This document shows, piece after piece, positions 25,201 to 36,986 of a stretch of DNA of 64,000 nt; position 1 is the stretch's first letter; the number at the start of each line of letters is the position of its first letter. Both the position numbers and the translations under genes were made by a program. The DNA is from Scenedesmus sp. PABB004 (taxonomy: Eukaryota). The stretch is from assembly GCA_014905635.1 (NCBI GenBank), contig CM026547.1, forward strand, positions 1,054,001 to 1,118,000, read 5' to 3'. The notes beneath the pieces are model-generated. The model saw nothing but the letters and a program-made list of their open reading frames with translations, was not told where the DNA came from and searched no databases.

Positions 25201-26839
25201 GATGACGAGCATGATGGACGTGCTGGAGGAGCTCTTCGCCCTGCGCCGCCACCGCTGGCTGCGCCTCGACGGCTCCACGCCCATCGCGGAGCGGCGCGAC
25301 CTCGTCGACGCGTGGCAGGGCGCCGGCGGCGGCGCGGGCGCGGGCAGCGGGGGCGGCGAGCCGTTTGTGTTCCTGCTGTCCACGCGCGCGGGCGGGCTGG
25401 GCATCAACCTCACCGCCGCAGACACAGTCATCTTCTACGAGTCCGACTGGAACCCAACCATGGACCTCCAGGCGCGCGCCGCGCCCCGCGCCGCCGTCGC
25501 CCCGCGCTGGCGCCCGCGCACCCGCCCGCGCACCCGCCCGTGCCGCCCCCCCCCCCCCTCCCCCCCCCCCCCCCCCCGCGCGCGCCCGCCGCGCCCCTGA
25601 CGAGCCGCCGCGCGCGCGCGCGCGCAGGCGATGGACCGCTGCCACCGCCTGGGCCAGACGCGGCCAGTGACGGTGTACCGCCTGGTGACGAGCGGCACGA
25701 TCGAGGAGCGCATCCAGTCCACCGCCGCGGCCAAGACGCACGTGCAGCGCCAAGTCATGGCCGGGGAGGCGGCCGGCGGCGGGGGGGGCGGGGGCGGGGC
25801 CGGCCGCGCCCGACGGCGGCGGCGGCGACGACGACGACGGCGACGACGACGCGGCGCTCGGCGGCGGCGGCCGCGGCTCGCCGTTGGGGGCGCGCTGCTC
25901 GTGGATGACGCGCCAGGGGCGGCGCTGGGCGCCGCCGACGTGGCCAGCCTGCTGCTGGACGACGACCTGGCGGCCGAGGCGGCCCGGCAGGGCCTCACGG
26001 TCGACCTCGCCGCGCTCGAGAGTGCCATGGAGCCCCTGTCCGGGCGCGACGCGACCCCGGGCGGCTCGGCTGGTGTTGTCGGCGCCGGCGCCGGCGGCCG
26101 CTTCACGCCCAGCCCGGCCGCCGCCCGCGGCGCGGCGGCGGCGGGCGCGCGCGCGGGCGCGCGCGCGGGCGCGGGCGGTCCCCTGGCAGCGCCGGCAGGG
26201 GGCGCGGGCGGGGGCGCAAGCCAGCCGAGCAGCCGGCAGGCCAGGCTGGAGCTGGCGGCTCGGAACCCTGGGGCGCCGGGTTGTGAACGCGGACAGCGTG
26301 TAACTGGAGCAGCAGCGACTTACAGCAACCCCAGGACAGCCCGCACCACGTCAGTTTGCAGTTTGCAACAAAAAGAGCAGGTGAAGCGCGGCGCCCCGCA
26401 GACGCGGTGGCGCGGCCGGTGCCGCCGCCGGTGGCACTGGCGCCGGCGCGTGCGCCGCATGCGTTGGCGATACGGGGTGGCCGCCACCATCGGCGCTCAC
26501 ACCCACACCATGATGATCTTATTCTCACCGGCCGCCGCCCGGCCGGTGCCGGGCCGCCGCCCGGCGCGGCACAGCGCCAGGCCGTTCATCTCCGGCCGCC
26601 AGGCCGCTCATCATCGTCCTCATCGCCACCTAGGCGGCCTGCCTGCCGCCGACTGCCAGCACAACTGTCAGGCCGTCCTGTCGGCGCGGCGAGCAATGCC
26701 GGCCGATGACGCTGCTGCTGCCTGCCAGCCTGAGCGACGCGGTACATGCGCCGCCAGCGCAGCCCACAGCCCACAGCCTCAGCCGCGTGTGGGCGCGTTT
26801 GTGCCCTCGTCCCGTCCCATCCCCCTCAGCAGCGGCTGA
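18332..26839 (+). CDS. INO80: INO80 chromatin-remodelling ATPase (SNF2 family, split ATPase); start and last exon boundary uncertain
   Basis: DBINO motif [67 protein letters not shown]; long insert; [55 protein letters not shown]. Four GC-AG introns and apparent frameshifts. Confidence 0.95.
21468..21537. repeat. 12-bp minisatellite (GTGCAAGGYGGR)x~6 in an INO80 intron
   Basis: Read directly. Confidence 0.85.
22214..22322. repeat. (GTGC)n / (GC)n microsatellite in an INO80 intron
   Basis: Read directly. Confidence 0.9.
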
Positions 26840-27262
26840 CCAGGCGCGACCAGTGTGTGCAAAGCTCCGTCCCGACATGCCGGTCAGTGCCAGCCAGCCC
26901 AGAGCCGCCCACCCGCGCGGGGAGGTCCAGGGGGCAGTGTGTGTGTGCAGTGACGTGTGGGTGCGTCGGGGGCGTCGTGACCCACCGGGCGGGCGGCAAC
27001 AGCAAACAATGAGTGCCGGCATGCGTCCGCGGGGCTGCGCGCCGGCGGCGCGCGATGCAGGGGCCCTGAAAACTTGAAAGCAGCAACGCTGCATATATGG
27101 TGGAGACAGGCAGGGCGGTGCGCACGGCCGCTGCCGGCTCTGCTCTGCGGCAAGAGCGCCGAGCAGCGCACTGCACTGCGGCGGCGCGCGCAAGAGCGCC
27201 AAGCAGCGCACTGCGCCGGCCGGCGGCGCGCACGCCGGCACCGCGCGGGTGCACATGGCGCG

Positions 27263-27535
27263 TTATTTGTGTTTGTGTTTGTGTTTTGTGGGTGTGTGTG
27301 GATCTGTGGATGTGTGAGGATGTGTGAGGATATATGTGTGGATATGTGAGGATATATGTGTGGATACGTGTGGATATGTGGAGCGGGGGCGCACCCCGCC
27401 ATGCCGGGCGAGGCGGCAGCCCTTTGGGCGTCCCAGCAGGGGAAAAATTCATACTCCCCAACCGCGTCGGCTGTCCTGAACGGGCCTCTCTGAATAAGCT
27501 CGAGCTGTGCCAGGTGCAGCCGTGACCTAGCTAAG
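27263..27535 (-). mobile_element. Possible 3' remnant of a non-LTR retroelement with a microsatellite tail
   Basis: Abrupt lower-GC island; on the minus strand ~150 bp of unique sequence, then degenerate (CACATATC) repeats ending in (ACACAA)n. No ORF or clear TSD. Confidence 0.3.
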
Positions 27536-27727
27536 CGCCACAGGCCCCCCGCGGGGGCGCGCGACGTGCCGCAGCGCAGCTGGCCGCCGGGCCAGCGCGC
27601 ACGCGTCTTATTATGGCTGGCCCCCCGCCGCCGCGCGGCGCCGCCGCCGCTGCTCGCTGCGAGCGCGCGGCGCGGGGCGCAGGCGGCGGGGCCGCCGCCA
27701 CCCGAAGCCTCAAGGGCACTTGAAGCC

Positions 27728-30700
27728 TCAAGGAGGGGGGCACTGGAAGCTGGGGATGACCAGGAAGGCGCCGGCGTTGTTCTTGGCGCTGTTGCTGCGG
27801 CAGCCGTTGGGCAGGCTGAAGCTCCCGGTGGTGAGGGGTGTGAACGCGGGGGTGTTGTCCGGGAAGCTGCCGTCGTGCGCCCACATGAACACGCGCTGGC
27901 CCGGTGTCACCCCCGTGAGCGTGATGGTGCCGTTGACCGGCACGCTCTCCCGCTTGAAGCACGCGCTCGTGGCCGTGGTCGTGCCCGCGCCGAGCGCGAC
28001 CCACGAGAGCGCCGAGCCGAGGCAGCGGCCGTTCCTAAGGGGCGAGCGGATGGTGACCGTGCCGACACCGCCGGGGCACGACGGGACGTAGTTGCCTGGA
28101 AGCTGGAACCAGCCCCGGTAGTAGTTTGAAGGCGCCAGGGGGGAGGGGGGCAGCGGGTTGGGCACGGTGCTGCCAGGGACCGCGCCGGGGACGCACTGGT
28201 CCTGCGGAGCGAGAGGCGCACGCGCGCAGGCGGGGAGGAGGTCAGCCGCTGCCGGGAGGAGGGGGGCAAGTGTGCAAGAACAGGCGAGAGGCAGCAGCCG
28301 CCAGCCCGCAGCGCCGCACCAGGCAGGGAACGTCGACCCCGCTGCTGGCGTTGGCGGTTGTGCCCTTGTTGGCTGTCACATTGACAGCCACCATGGCATT
28401 CAGCGGCAGGTAGGCCATGCAGGTCGCGTTCACGGTCGCCGTGCAAATCATGCTACCGTTCAGCGGCACGCTGGTCTCGGGGGGGCAGGTAATGGCCACA
28501 GAGCGGCCGTCGACGGTCAGGCGGGTGCTCGTGAGGCTCCACCGAGTGTTGCTGCCGGCGGCGGCGGAGTTGCTGACCACGGCGGTGTAGGTCACACTGC
28601 CTGGGGAAGCAGAGGGGAGGGGGGAGGGAGTGGGTGGGCGGCGTGAGACAGAGCGCCGAGGGCCCAGGCGCGAGCGATGTGCAGCGCGCGCGTGCATGCA
28701 GCAGGGCCAGTGCGGGCAGCGCACCTGGGGCGAGGGCGTTGATGTTGGGCCGGTTGGCGCTCAGCGCCACGGTGACGGCGGGGGTGAGCACCACAGTGAT
28801 GCTGGCCGTGTCGTTCGCGCTGATGGGCAGGCCGGCGACGTTGGATTTGCCAGAGGCAGTCACGCTCACGACGATGGGGTCGCCCACCTCAAACGTGAGC
28901 TGGTTCACGACGACCAGCAGGGGGCAGGTGACCGTGCCGCCGGGCGCGGCGACCGCGGCCAGGTTGCAGCCGCTGCCCAGCGAAGGGGTGGCCGTGAGGC
29001 CGCTCAGGCCCCAGTTGCCGGCGTTCGTGATGATCACAGTGCAGGTCACGGTTTGCGCTGCGCGCGCGCGCCAGGGCGGCGGGGCGTGAGCGTGCGCCGG
29101 CGGCCGCGCGGCAGGCGCCGCCGGCACCGCCCGTGGCCGCGCGCTCACCGCTGGTGATGCGTGAGACGGGGCAGCTGACCGTGACCGTGAGCTTGGGGTC
29201 GTACACGACCGCCACGTCAGCGGTCGCGTTGACGGGGCCCACGGCGGTGTTCTGGTTGGTGGCCACTCCGGCCGCGCTGGCCGTGTTGGTGATCTTGAGG
29301 CCTGTGCTGTAGGCGGCCTCAAACTCGGTCTGGGTGAACGTCTTGTTGGTGGTGCCCGTGCAGGTCTGGCTTTCGCCGGGTCTGAGCGACGCGCTGCTGC
29401 AGCTGAGGCCCGGCAGCATCGCATCCGAGACGGCCAGGCTCTTGACAGCCACGTTGCCGGTGTTCAATGCGATGATGGTGTAGGTCACCAGGCCTGCAGC
29501 GCCGCAGCGGGGCGGGGCGGGGCGGGGCGGGGCGGGGCGGGGCGGGGCGGGGCGGGGCGGGGCGGGGCGGGGCGGGGCGGGGCGGGGCGGGTGCGCGCAG
29601 CGGGTGGGCCGCGGCGGAGGGGGGAGGGCGAGCAAGAGCGCGCAAGCCCCCCGCCTGGCTGCTGCGCTCCCTGTCCCTGCCGGCGCGCCACGCCCCGCCC
29701 GCGCTCGGGCGCGGCTGCGCACCCGGCTCCGACAGGCTGGTCGGCGAGGCGGTCTTGGTCAGCACCAGGTTGATTTTCTGCTCGCCCGCCACGGTCGCGT
29801 TGGCGGTGGCGGTGGCGGTCTTGGTGGCGCTGGGAGTGGTGGTGGTGGTGATCGTGTCGGTGCCCGTGAACGACCTGGTGACGTTGCCCGCCTCCAGGTC
29901 AGCCTGCGTGACCGGGTAAGTCACCGTGCACGTCGCGTTGCTGCCGGGGTCCACGGCGGTGGTGGGGCTGCAGCTGGCGCCGTCCAGCGTGAGCACGCCG
30001 GGCACTGCGGCGCCGCGGCGGCAGCGGCGGCGGCGGCGGAGCGCAGGCGCGTCAGCGGCGCGGAGGGAGCGTTGGAGGTGCAGCGGCAGGCGCAGCAGCA
30101 GCACCCAGCGCGAAGCCCGCAGCCGCCGCGCCGCACGCGCCCGCGCCGCGCTGCGTGGTCTCACCGTTGCCGGTGTTGGTGAGCGTGGCGGTGAAGGTGA
30201 TCTGGTCGCCGACGCTGTCAAACTTGCCGTCGATGGTGCCGCCAGTCACGGCGGCGCTGACGGCCACCAGGATGTCGGGCCAGGCGTTGGTCGCAACCCA
30301 GGCAGAGGCGGGCGGTACAGTCTGGAGTGAGCCTTCGGCGGGGGCCGCACCGCTCAGCGACGCGGTGACGCTGATGTTGCCGGCCAGCAGGTCGGCGAAG
30401 ACAACGGGGTAGCGAACGCTGCAGGTGAGCGAGGCGCCGGGCGCGAGCGGCGCCGCCAGGTTGCAGCTGCTGCTGACCAGCACGGCGTTGCCGGTCAGCG
30501 TCACAGCGTTGGGCGTGAGCGCGACGTTGCCCGTGTTGTTGATGGTCAGGGTGAAGGTGACGTTGCCTGCGGAGGTGCACGTGGTGAGCGCCCGCCGGGC
30601 GGGGGCGTGCGGCGGGCGGCGGCCAGGCCCGACCGACCAGGGGCAGCGCGCCACAGCGCGCCGGCGCGCGCGGCGGTGCGTGCGCACCTGTCGCATTGAT

Positions 30701-31773
30701 CGGGCCGGCAGGGGCTGCCAGCGCCAGGGTCGCGTCGGGGCTGGCCGTGGTGCCGCTGCCGCTGCCCTGGTTGTTGCCGGTCGGCACCAAGTGGTTTGAT
30801 TCGTAGTCGATGCAGTTGCACTTTGCGGTCGTCCCCACGGAGGTCTGGTTGGCGTATCCGCCGGCGCCAGTGCAGGGGACGTCGTCATTTGGTTTGTTTT
30901 GGTTGTTGCCGGTGCCGCCTGTGCCTGAGCGCTGCTGGTCCCAGGAGGTGCAGATCGGCACCATGAGTTTTCCGCTGGTGGGGTGGATGCGGGAGCAGCT
31001 CACAGTGATGTCCGCCGTCCCGCACGACACGGTGCCGCTGGCGTCGCCCGCCTTGGTGATGTCGCCGCACGTATCGTTGTCTGCGTTGACGAGGCTGCTG
31101 CCGCACGCGCCCCCGCCTGGCAGCACCGGCAGCGCCGACATGTGGCAGCTGGAGTTTGTGTTGTCGGGCGAGACGCCGTTCACGCTGCGCGGCGGCGGGT
31201 GGTGGCGCGCGAGCGTGGGCCGAGGGCTGAGCGACAGCTTCTGCGGGCCGCCGCCGGCCGCGGCGCTGCGAGCGCTCCACGCCCGCGGCGCGCGGCCGAG
31301 CGAGGCCTCGCTCACCCCACAAAGAGGCCAACCGCATAGCGTGTGTCGCCTTTGGTGGTGAGGCTCACGCGCACGCGGATGGTGGCGTTTGATGTAGGCC
31401 CGGTGCAGTTCCTCACGACCTCAAAACCTGCAGCGGACGGCATCAGCGCAGAGTGAGGCGACGGACGCGTGGTGCGCGCGCAGCGGCGGCCGGGGCCGGC
31501 CCCGCCAGCACGCCAGCACGCACTCGCGACGTCCAGGGTCAGGTCTTTGGCGTTGCAGTTGGGGGGGTTGCCGGCCGTCATGCAGCTCTTGCCGCTCACA
31601 TCAAGCCAGACGTCAGGCGCGGCCACGCAGTTGCACTGCGCCTGCGCCAGCCGGCGCCCCGCCCACGCCGGCACGGCGGCGGCGCCTGGGGCGCCGAGCG
31701 GCCGGGCGGCGCCCAGGGCGGCCAGAGCCAGCAGCCCCGCCAGCGCCAGCTGGGCGCGTGGGACGGACATCAT
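27728..31773 (-). CDS. Secreted Thr/Asn-rich surface protein with a Cys-rich N-terminal domain and ~5 DUF11/DUF7507-type Ig-like repeats
   Basis: Signal peptide (MMSVPRAQLALAGLLALAALGAA) plus RRLAQ; repeats VTFTLTINNTGN, DQITFTATLTNTGN, VTYTIIALNTGN, VTCTVIITNAGN, VTYTAVVSN; several GT-AG introns; ends FQCPPP*. Confidence 0.85.
29507..29591. repeat. (GCGGG)x17 intronic pentanucleotide repeat, strong G-quadruplex potential
   Basis: Read directly. Confidence 0.95.
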
Positions 31774-32544
31774 CACGGCCACGGGGTGGCCTGGTTGCGC
31801 AAGTGGGGTGCGACCCTCTGCGATGGCGGAGCTGTATCGGCCTGGCGCGGACGCGCGGGGCTGCGGGGCCGCGCGGAGATCTCCGAGGGCAGCCGGGGCG
31901 CCGAAATCCGGCGGGGGAGAGTCTAGCCCGCGCTGCGCTTGCGGCGCGGCGAGCAGGGGCGCGCTGCGTGCGCCTGGGCGGCTCGCTGTGTCGCGTGGCG
32001 GTCGCCGGCGCTAAGTGACGAGCTCTGGAGGGCCGCGCAGAGCGCGCGGACGCTCAGGCGCGCGGGGCGGCAGGCGAACCGCGCGGAGGGTTCGGCGTTC
32101 GGCGACTCTCCCGATTGCGGCGCGCCGGCATCGCTACTCGGGCCGCCAGGCTTCCAGCCTGCCTGATGAGCCCTGGCTACCCCCGGGCACCGCACGAAGC
32201 CTCGAGCGGCCCGGCGCTCGAGGGCGGTTCGCACGATCGATTGAGCCGTCCAGCCCGCGCGCAGGACGGGCGGCAGGCACCGGTGCCGCTGCGGGGAGTC
32301 GGAGGGCGCAGTTCTCGACAGCCCAAGCCGGTGGCGCGTCGAACGGGCAGGTTAAGGCGAGTTCTCGGTTCGGACATCCCCGAACCCGCCACTGCGCCGC
32401 CTGGGGCGCCCCGATCGCCGCGCCCGTCGTGCAGGGCGCGAGAAAATGCAGCGGTTCATGCCCGGCGGGCGCCCAGGTGCGCGCGTCTCCGGCGCCGGCG
32501 CCGCCAGCCGCCGGCGGCGCCCGCCGCCCGCCTCTCTCGCACGC

Positions 32545-35500
32545 TCAATCACCGCTCCTCGCAGCGCCGCTCGCGTCCTCCTCCTCCGCGGCTCTGGCCG
32601 GGCCCTCGCTCAGCCACGCCGCCAGCGCGGGCAGCTCCGGGGGGCCGGCGGCGTCGCTCTCGATCGCACCCTCGCCAGCGCCCTCGGCCGCCTCGCGCGG
32701 CACGCCCAGCTCCTGCTCCTGCTGCGCCTGCTGCTGCTGCGCCTGCTGCGCCTGCTGCTGCCGCAGCCGCGCCCGCTGCTCCGGCGGCAGCGCGGCCGCG
32801 TAGCCCGCGAACGCCTCGAGCTGCTGGCGCACCTCGGCCTCGCTGCGCTGCCGCACCAGCGCCTCGCCGTCGTCCGGGTCCTGCTGCGGCCGCCCCTCCC
32901 GCTGGTCGTCATCATCGTACAGCTCCTCCAGCAGCTCCTCGCTCACCTCCAGCACCCCGTCCGCCTCCAGCTCCAGCGCCGCCAGCAGGCCGTCGTCCTC
33001 GTCCGCGGCGCCGGCCGCGGTCGGGGCCTCCGCCGCCGCCGCGCCGCCGCCGCGCGGCCCCGCGCCGGCCGCGAGCGCGGCCGCGGCACGCGCGGCAGCG
33101 GCCGCGCCGGGCGCCACCAGCCCCAGGCGGCTGGCGCCCATCTGGTGCGCCCAGTGCTGCGCCGCCAGCGCGAGCTGGTGCGTCGTGCCGGCCTCCAGCG
33201 GCCCGTAGCGCAGCTGCAGCACCTGCGGCGTGTCCGGGCGGCGCGGCGAGCGCGGCGTGGCGTCCGGGCAGCCGGCGGGCCCAGCGGCCGTGCGGCTGAG
33301 CCCTGCGACGCCCCGCCAGGCCGCCGGGCGCCGCCGGGCGCCGCCGGCGCCGCCGGCGCCACCGCGCACCTCAAACAGCCCCCGCGCCGCCGCCTCGACG
33401 CGCGCGTCGCTGCCGCCCCAGCGCTCGTGCGCCGCCAGCAACAGCGCCGCGGCGCCGAGCAGGTGGCTGGGCCCGCCCGGCACAGCCAGCCCCGCGAGCT
33501 CCATGGCTGTGCCGATGGCGCCCAGGCTCCGCATCGCCGACGGCTCCGCCCCGAGGCGCACCGTCGCGAGCAGCGCGTGCGCCTGGTAGATCGAGGCGTG
33601 CGCCCAGCCGGCGACGCGCGGCGGCGTGGTCGGCGCGTCCACCTGCCGCTCCAGCTGCTGCACCGCGCCGCTGAGCGCGGCCGCCGCGGACGCGAGGGCG
33701 CCGCCGTCGCCGGCCGCCAGCGCGGGCGGCACCTGAGGCCCCAGCCGCGCGGCGAGGGCGTTCGCAGCGAGCTGGCTGCGCTCCACGACGGGGCCCAGCT
33801 CCGCCTCGGCGGTGCAGCGCTCGCACCTGCGTGCGCGCGGGGGTGGCGGCAACGGCCGGAAGCGCAGCGCGTCGCGAGCCGGCGGCCGCCCGCGCCGTGC
33901 GACACGGCGCAGCTGCCCCGCGCGCCGCGCAGCAGCCGCCCGCGCACGCGCGCGTGCGGCGCACCGGCAGGTGAAGCCCCAGCGCTGCGCCAGCGCGGCG
34001 CGGCGCCGCTCGCGGTGCACCATGCTGCCCTCGGCCCCCGGCGCCAGGTAGTCCAGGGTCACCTCATCGCCTGCCTTGAGGTCTGTGACGGCGCGCACCA
34101 GCACAAAGGGGCCCTCCCCGGGACGCGCCGACACAGCGAGCGCGGCCTCGCGCTGCAGCCCCGCGCCCGCGGCGGCGCCGCCGCGCCGCTCCGCAGACCC
34201 CGCGCCAGCCGCGCCGCGGGCCCACGGGTTGGTGGGGCCGCGCGCTCCGGCGCCGGCGCGGCCGCCGCGCCGCGGCGGCCCCTGGCCGGGCGGCGCCGGC
34301 GGCGGCGGCGGCGCGGGCTGCGGCGGCAGGCCGCCAATGAGCACCGCGACGGCGTTGGGCGCGCAGGAGTGGTTGAACGCTGCCAGCAGCGGCCACAGGC
34401 CCGTGAGCGACGCGGGGCGGTCGCCGCGCACGCTGCACACGGGCAGGTCCTGGGCCATCTCGGCGAGCGCGTTGCGGCACACCAGCGCCGCGAGCCGCTC
34501 CGGCGGCATGCCCAACGCGCCCGCCGCCGCTGCCGCCGCCGCCGGCACGAGCTGCTGCGGCCGCGCGGCGGCGCCCGGCGCCTCTGGCCCCGCGGTGCAC
34601 TCGAGCAGCTCAAGCAGGTCGGGCGTGCGCCGGCGCTGCCCGGACGCGCCCGGCGCCGCGAGGCCCGCGCCGCGGGGCCACGTCGCGGCCGCCGGTGGCT
34701 CGTCTTCGCACTCACGCTCGCCGTCGCCGCCGCCCCGGCCCTCGTACAGCGCGTCACGCTGCTGCAGCTTCGCGCGCAGCTCGCGCTGTGAGCGCTTGAT
34801 CGCCGCGCTGCGCGACGCGGGCAGGCTGCTCGCCGCCGCGCCGGGCGCGGCGCCCTCGCCCGCGGCGGCCGCGGCGAGCAGGCGGTCGTTCGCCGCCGCC
34901 GCCGCGCGGTCCGCGGCCGCCGCCTCGTGCTCGGCGTCCAGCACTGGCAGCGAGCACAGGCTGTGCAGCACGTCGCGCTGCCGCGGCGTGAGCTCCACGC
35001 CCGCCAGGTGCTGCATCAGCGCTTCCAGCCGCGGCGGCCGCCCCGGCGCGCCCGCGACCCACGCCAGCGGCGGGCAAGCCGCCAGCAGCGTGCCCTTGGC
35101 GATGTCGCGCGCGGCGACCACGCCGTAGCCCCTGCCTGCGGGCGGGCGGGTCGGGTCAGGCGGGCGGGTCGGGCGCGGGCGCGGGGCGTCGCGCGCTGCT
35201 GCCGCGTCGCCGACTGCCGCGCGCCGCGCCCCGCCGCCGCCGGCGCACCCGGCGCCCAGTGGAGCTCCAGCTGGTCCACGTGCGCTTGAGGGAAGGCCTG
35301 CTGCACGTAGAGGCGGTTCGCCTCGGAGAGCAGCATGCGCGGCTCGCCGTCGGCGACGCCGCGGTCGAGCCCCAGCCGCCGCACGGCCTCGCCGACGTCC
35401 TCCTCGTCGTCCCACACCTCTCGCGTGACGTCAGCGAGCCCGTCGCTGGCCCCCCGGAGCGCGCGCGCGGCGCGGCGGCCACGGCGGCGCTGCTGCGCCC

Positions 35501-35570
35501 GCGGCGCGGCCGCCGTGGCGCCGCCGGCGTGCGCCCATCCGCCAGCCCGAGCGGGGGGCGCCAGCCGCAT
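32545..35570 (-). CDS. SET-domain (SMYD-like) protein lysine methyltransferase, probably organelle-targeted
   Basis: GRGYGVVAARDIAKGTLL; AFNHSCAPNA; AGDEVTLDYL; post-SET WGFTCRCERC; helical and acidic C-terminus; transit-peptide-like N-terminus from ATG 35570. Confidence 0.88.
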
Positions 35571-35916
35571 GTGGACAGCGATCGGAGCGGCGGGAGCGCC
35601 CGGCGTGGCGCCTGACGCCGCTCCGACGGCGAGCCGCGTGGCCGCAAGGCGGGGCGCCGGGACGGGCAAAGGCCGCGGGCAGCTGCAGAGTGCCGGCTGT
35701 TCGCGAGCTGCTGTGCGTCCTTGCCGATCGGAAGTCGAAGACCCCCGGGCGCGGCGCGGGCGGCGCGGGCGGCGCGCCGCGGGCCACAGCCCTGCGCAGC
35801 TGGGCAGGGCGGGCAACAAGCGTCGCGTCCACTCGCTCCCAGCCCCGCGCATCAACGCCGGCAGCCCCGCAGCGCAGGTCGCACGCTCGCGCACACCGCT
35901 GCCGCTGCTGCCGCCG

Positions 35917-36918
35917 ATGCAGGCGCCGGCGGCGGCGCCGTGCGGGCGCCCCGCCCCGCCCACCCGCGCCCCGGCCCAGCGGGGCGAAGCAGCAGCAGCG
36001 GCAGCAGCGGCCGGCGGCAGCGGCCGGCGGCGCGCGCTGCTCGCGGCGGCAGCGGCGGCGCTGCAGCAGCAGCTCGCGGGACGATCGGCGGCCGCCGCGA
36101 CATGCGCCGCCGCCGGCGCGTCCGCTCCGCAGCGCCTGTGGGTGCTGCCGCCGCGCGGCTGCCTCGCGCTCGGCGACGTGGGCGCCGACTACGACGGCTA
36201 CGCGGCCACGTACGACGCCCTCGACGGCGGCGCCGCGTCGGCGGCGCTCGGCTTCCCCGGGCTGCGCCGCGCGCTGCTGGCGCAGGCGTCTGGCGACGCG
36301 CTGGAGGTCGCGGTCGGCACGGGGCTCAACCTGCCGCTGTGGGACTGGGCGTCGCTCGCGTCGCTCACGGCGCTCGACCTCTCGCCCGGCATGCTCGACG
36401 CCGCGGCGGCGCGCGCGGCGGCGGTGCAGCCCGGCGCCGGGGGCGTGCCGGTGCGGCTGGTGCAGGGCGACGCCGCGGCGCTGCCGTTCGACGACGGCAG
36501 CTTTGACGCGGTGGTTGACACGTTCAGCCTGTGCGTGATGGAGCGCCCGCAGGCGGCGCTCGCAGAGTTTGCGCGCGTGCTGCGCCCTGGCGGCCGCCTG
36601 CTGCTGCTCGAGCACACGCGCAGCGACAGCCCGCTGCTCGGCGCGTACCAGGTGGGGCAGGCAGGAGCGAACGGAGGGCGCGGCTGCGGCGCCGGCAGGC
36701 GGCTGAAACGTTGGAACGCGCCGCTGATCGCCTCCGCCGCCGCCCCTGCTGCCGCGCCGCAGGGCGCCACGCGCGGGCTGGTGGCGCCGATCAGCAAGGG
36801 CTGCGACTGGGCCCAGGACGTGCCGGGCATGGTCGCGGCGCTGCCAGGGGTGGCCGTCACCTCGCAGCAGCGCCACCTCGCGGGCACGCTGGTCAGCATC
36901 TCGGCGCAGCGCTTGTAA
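35917..36918 (+). CDS. Class I SAM-dependent methyltransferase (Methyltransf_11/UbiE-like), 2 exons
   Basis: LEVAVGTGLN, LDLSPGML, GDAAALPFDDGSFDAVV, RVLRPGGRLLLLEH; intron ~36652-36762; transit-peptide-like N-terminus. Confidence 0.9.
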   Translation: MQAPAAAPCGRPAPPTRAPAQRGEAAAAAAAAGGSGRRRALLAAAAAALQQQLAGRSAAAATCAAAGASAPQRLWVLPPRGCLALGDVGADYDGYAATYDALDGGAASAALGFPGLRRALLAQASGDALEVAVGTGLNLPLWDWASLASLTALDLSPGMLDAAAARAAAVQPGAGGVPVRLVQGDAAALPFDDGSFDAVVDTFSLCVMERPQAALAEFARVLRPGGRLLLLEHTRSDSPLLGAYQVGQAGANGGRGCGAGRRLKRWNAPLIASAAAPAAAPQGATRGLVAPISKGCDWAQDVPGMVAALPGVAVTSQQRHLAGTLVSISAQRL

Positions 36919-36986
36919 ACGCCCGGACGCGTGTGCGCGCGCGGCGCCCGCGGCGTCGCGTCGTCACCCCCCGCGGCGCGCCCGCC

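Noticed and set aside
27296..27382. Repeat array considered as CRISPR
   Set aside because: Degenerate microsatellite with no unique spacers and no cas genes; eukaryotic context.
27703..27746. Short duplication around the adhesin stop codon (GAAGCCTCAAGG x2)
   Set aside because: Likely local slippage with no evident consequence.
7861..36918. Three methyltransferases plus INO80 as a functional cluster
   Set aside because: Unrelated families interspersed with unrelated genes; no evidence beyond chance.
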